A DNA stretch of 62,445 nt, counting the filler, from Globobulimina sp. (Eukaryota), in NCBI GenBank assembly GCA_003354225.1. It is 35 parts of 35 records of this genome, joined end to end, with 100 filler letters (N's around TTAATTAATTAA, not from the genome) between each part and the next. Parts side by side here need not be neighbours in the genome. Positions count along the whole stretch, not along the records: positions 60,760 to 62,445 come from PIVH01013135.1; 34 more parts are not named here. One strand, 5' to 3'. Under the pieces are notes generated by a model that was not told the DNA's origin, searched no databases, and saw only the letters and a program-made list of their open reading frames with translations. The position numbers were made by a program, and so were the translations under genes. How positions within the stretch are numbered: the first letter of the stretch is position 1; each line of letters opens with the position of its first letter. This document shows positions 60,822-62,445 of the stretch, one piece after another.

Positions 60822-62445
60822 ATGGCTGTCTGTACTAATAATCATCAGTTGAAGCAATTCAATACAGAGCATCCAAGATATTTTTGTGATGGCTGTGTGG
60901 AACAGATGGCATTAAATCAGACATTGTGGGGTTGTCGATTATGTGATTATGATTTGTGTGAGCAGTGTTATCTTGACAGATTTGTGACTCCCGTCACTCC
61001 ACAAGAAGATTCTACAACAATTACAGATTATAGTTTCCTCAATCAATTACCAACCAATTCCTCCCAACCAATTACAGATTATAGTTTATTCGCAGAGCCA
61101 TCATTCCTCAATCAATTCCCAACCAATTCTGCGAATCCATATGGATATTTGGCACAGATCGCATTTCTCAATGATACCAACACCAAGAACAATGATGATA
61201 TTCCAAACGATTATTTTGAATGTAGCAGTGCTGTATTAAATTGTCATTATGTCAAAAAATTGAATGAATTAATGCAAACATTCACTAGTGTGGGCACACA
61301 TATTACTCAAGACACAAAATCTATTGATTTATGCTTACGATACTATTTACATTGCATAGAAAGCCATGACAATGTGTTTGAAGATATGTGCTCCGCAGTA
61401 ACTGCGCAAATTGGGTGCTGTGATGGGAAAAATTGTGTTCGATTAAAAAGAAATTACAGAGATCGAGATAGAAAGCGAGATCTAACTGCAGTGTATAACT
61501 CAAATGAAACAGAACATATTACAAACCTGCAGATTATCGATAAAATACATTGTTTTTTCTTTCATAGCTATGACCTCGGACACAGGCAACAAATATCTGC
61601 AATCAATGCAGTTGATAGCAAGGAAGAAGAAGATAGTGTTGTTGATCGTGTTCAATTTCAAGAATTGTATACAAAACTATCTTCAACAAACAGATATGAA
61701 AAGTTTGTAACAGCATTTGAGTCACATAACTGCGCAGATACAGATGATAAAGATAAAGAGTTATGTGATGAGAAAGGAGAAGAAATATACAGTTATGGAT
61801 TTCATTTTGATTATAATACAGAATGGGATACCAAAAGTTGTCAAAACATCTCTGACAAACGACATGAAAATTTAAGACAAGAAATGATTGCGGATACAAA
61901 TAGGTTTTCAATGAGTAAAATGCAGTTTGACATTGCATATATGAAAGCGAAAAGACACTACGTTTCTTGGCATGGCAAACAGTATGCAACCACACATTCG
62001 TATGAGTATGATCCAAATACACACGAAGCATTTCAATTTATTACCCTTCCAAAAGAGAACAAACAATTAGAACAACACCATATGTTAACAGTGATGATGT
62101 ATTGCAATTTTGATTCAATGAGCACGCAGTTTTCAAAAACATTTCGAAAATATTCACCAACAGAAGCAAAAGAACGTGTATTCAAACGACATGCACAGTT
62201 TTATTGGTTTGGCAAATATTTAAAGGAAGCAGTGCACTATTTTGGCTCTGATGTTGATGTAAAAAAATCTTTATATCATGGAATTAATCGACAAATGTCG
62301 TTTCCTGAAGCTATGTCACCTAAATACCAACACGTTGCTATATATTGTCCATTATCAACTTCAGCATCCTGGGCAGTTGCAGTACAATTTGCTACAAATG
62401 CTGGAAATGATGGAATTATTGTTGAATTTGGTTGTAGGGATAACA
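60822..62445 (+). CDS. ZZ-like zinc finger + ADP-ribosyltransferase-like protein, 3' partial (absent from ORF track because it has no stop)
   Basis: Manual translation is open for about 541 codons: FCDGC...CRLCDYDLCEQC at the N-terminus; LYHGIN...CPLSTS...VAVQFA...GIIVEF at the end. Confidence 0.75.
   Translation, partial: MAVCTNNHQLKQFNTEHPRYFCDGCVEQMALNQTLWGCRLCDYDLCEQCYLDRFVTPVTPQEDSTTITDYSFLNQLPTNSSQPITDYSLFAEPSFLNQFPTNSANPYGYLAQIAFLNDTNTKNNDDIPNDYFECSSAVLNCHYVKKLNELMQTFTSVGTHITQDTKSIDLCLRYYLHCIESHDNVFEDMCSAVTAQIGCCDGKNCVRLKRNYRDRDRKRDLTAVYNSNETEHITNLQIIDKIHCFFFHSYDLGHRQQISAINAVDSKEEEDSVVDRVQFQELYTKLSSTNRYEKFVTAFESHNCADTDDKDKELCDEKGEEIYSYGFHFDYNTEWDTKSCQNISDKRHENLRQEMIADTNRFSMSKMQFDIAYMKAKRHYVSWHGKQYATTHSYEYDPNTHEAFQFITLPKENKQLEQHHMLTVMMYCNFDSMSTQFSKTFRKYSPTEAKERVFKRHAQFYWFGKYLKEAVHYFGSDVDVKKSLYHGINRQMSFPEAMSPKYQHVAIYCPLSTSASWAVAVQFATNAGNDGIIVEFGCRDN

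Overview
This window is not a contiguous locus. It is 35 unrelated, length-sorted contigs (11 x 1688, 13 x 1687, 11 x 1686 bp) joined by 34 artificial 100-bp spacers (44 N + TTAATTAATTAA + 44 N), so neighbourhood across spacers is meaningless and ORF-track proteins ending in X-runs or 'LIN' are truncated. Most contigs are AT-rich eukaryotic gene fragments with short GT-AG introns (mostly 52-122 bp, one 348 bp). By inference the gene repertoire resembles a rhizarian protist, probably a foraminiferan: USP5/13, kinesin-14, FAM98, DOLK, ACSL, a Dispatched-like SSD protein, 7TM-RGS, TRAF/RING/C2H2/CCCH/RanBP2 zinc fingers and a DOC-domain E3. Bacterial pieces are mixed in (a Planctomycete-like vWA gene, a CoxS-like 2Fe-2S gene, an HD-GYP fragment and a complete IS), three of them fused to eukaryotic DNA as probable amplification chimeras. 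A BEL/Pao gag and a LINE RT look animal-like. Strongest leads: an in-frame SYLF/Ysc84-actin fusion with a degenerate actin active site; a contig with a 119-bp terminal direct repeat that closes into a 1569-bp one-gene circle or tandem unit (PHTF-like membrane protein); two paralogues of an ADP-ribosyltransferase-like family; a presenilin lacking GxGD and PAL; a recurrent F-box/SOCS-like module in unrelated proteins; and a bias to GTT splice donors. All family calls are from motif recognition by eye; no searches were run.
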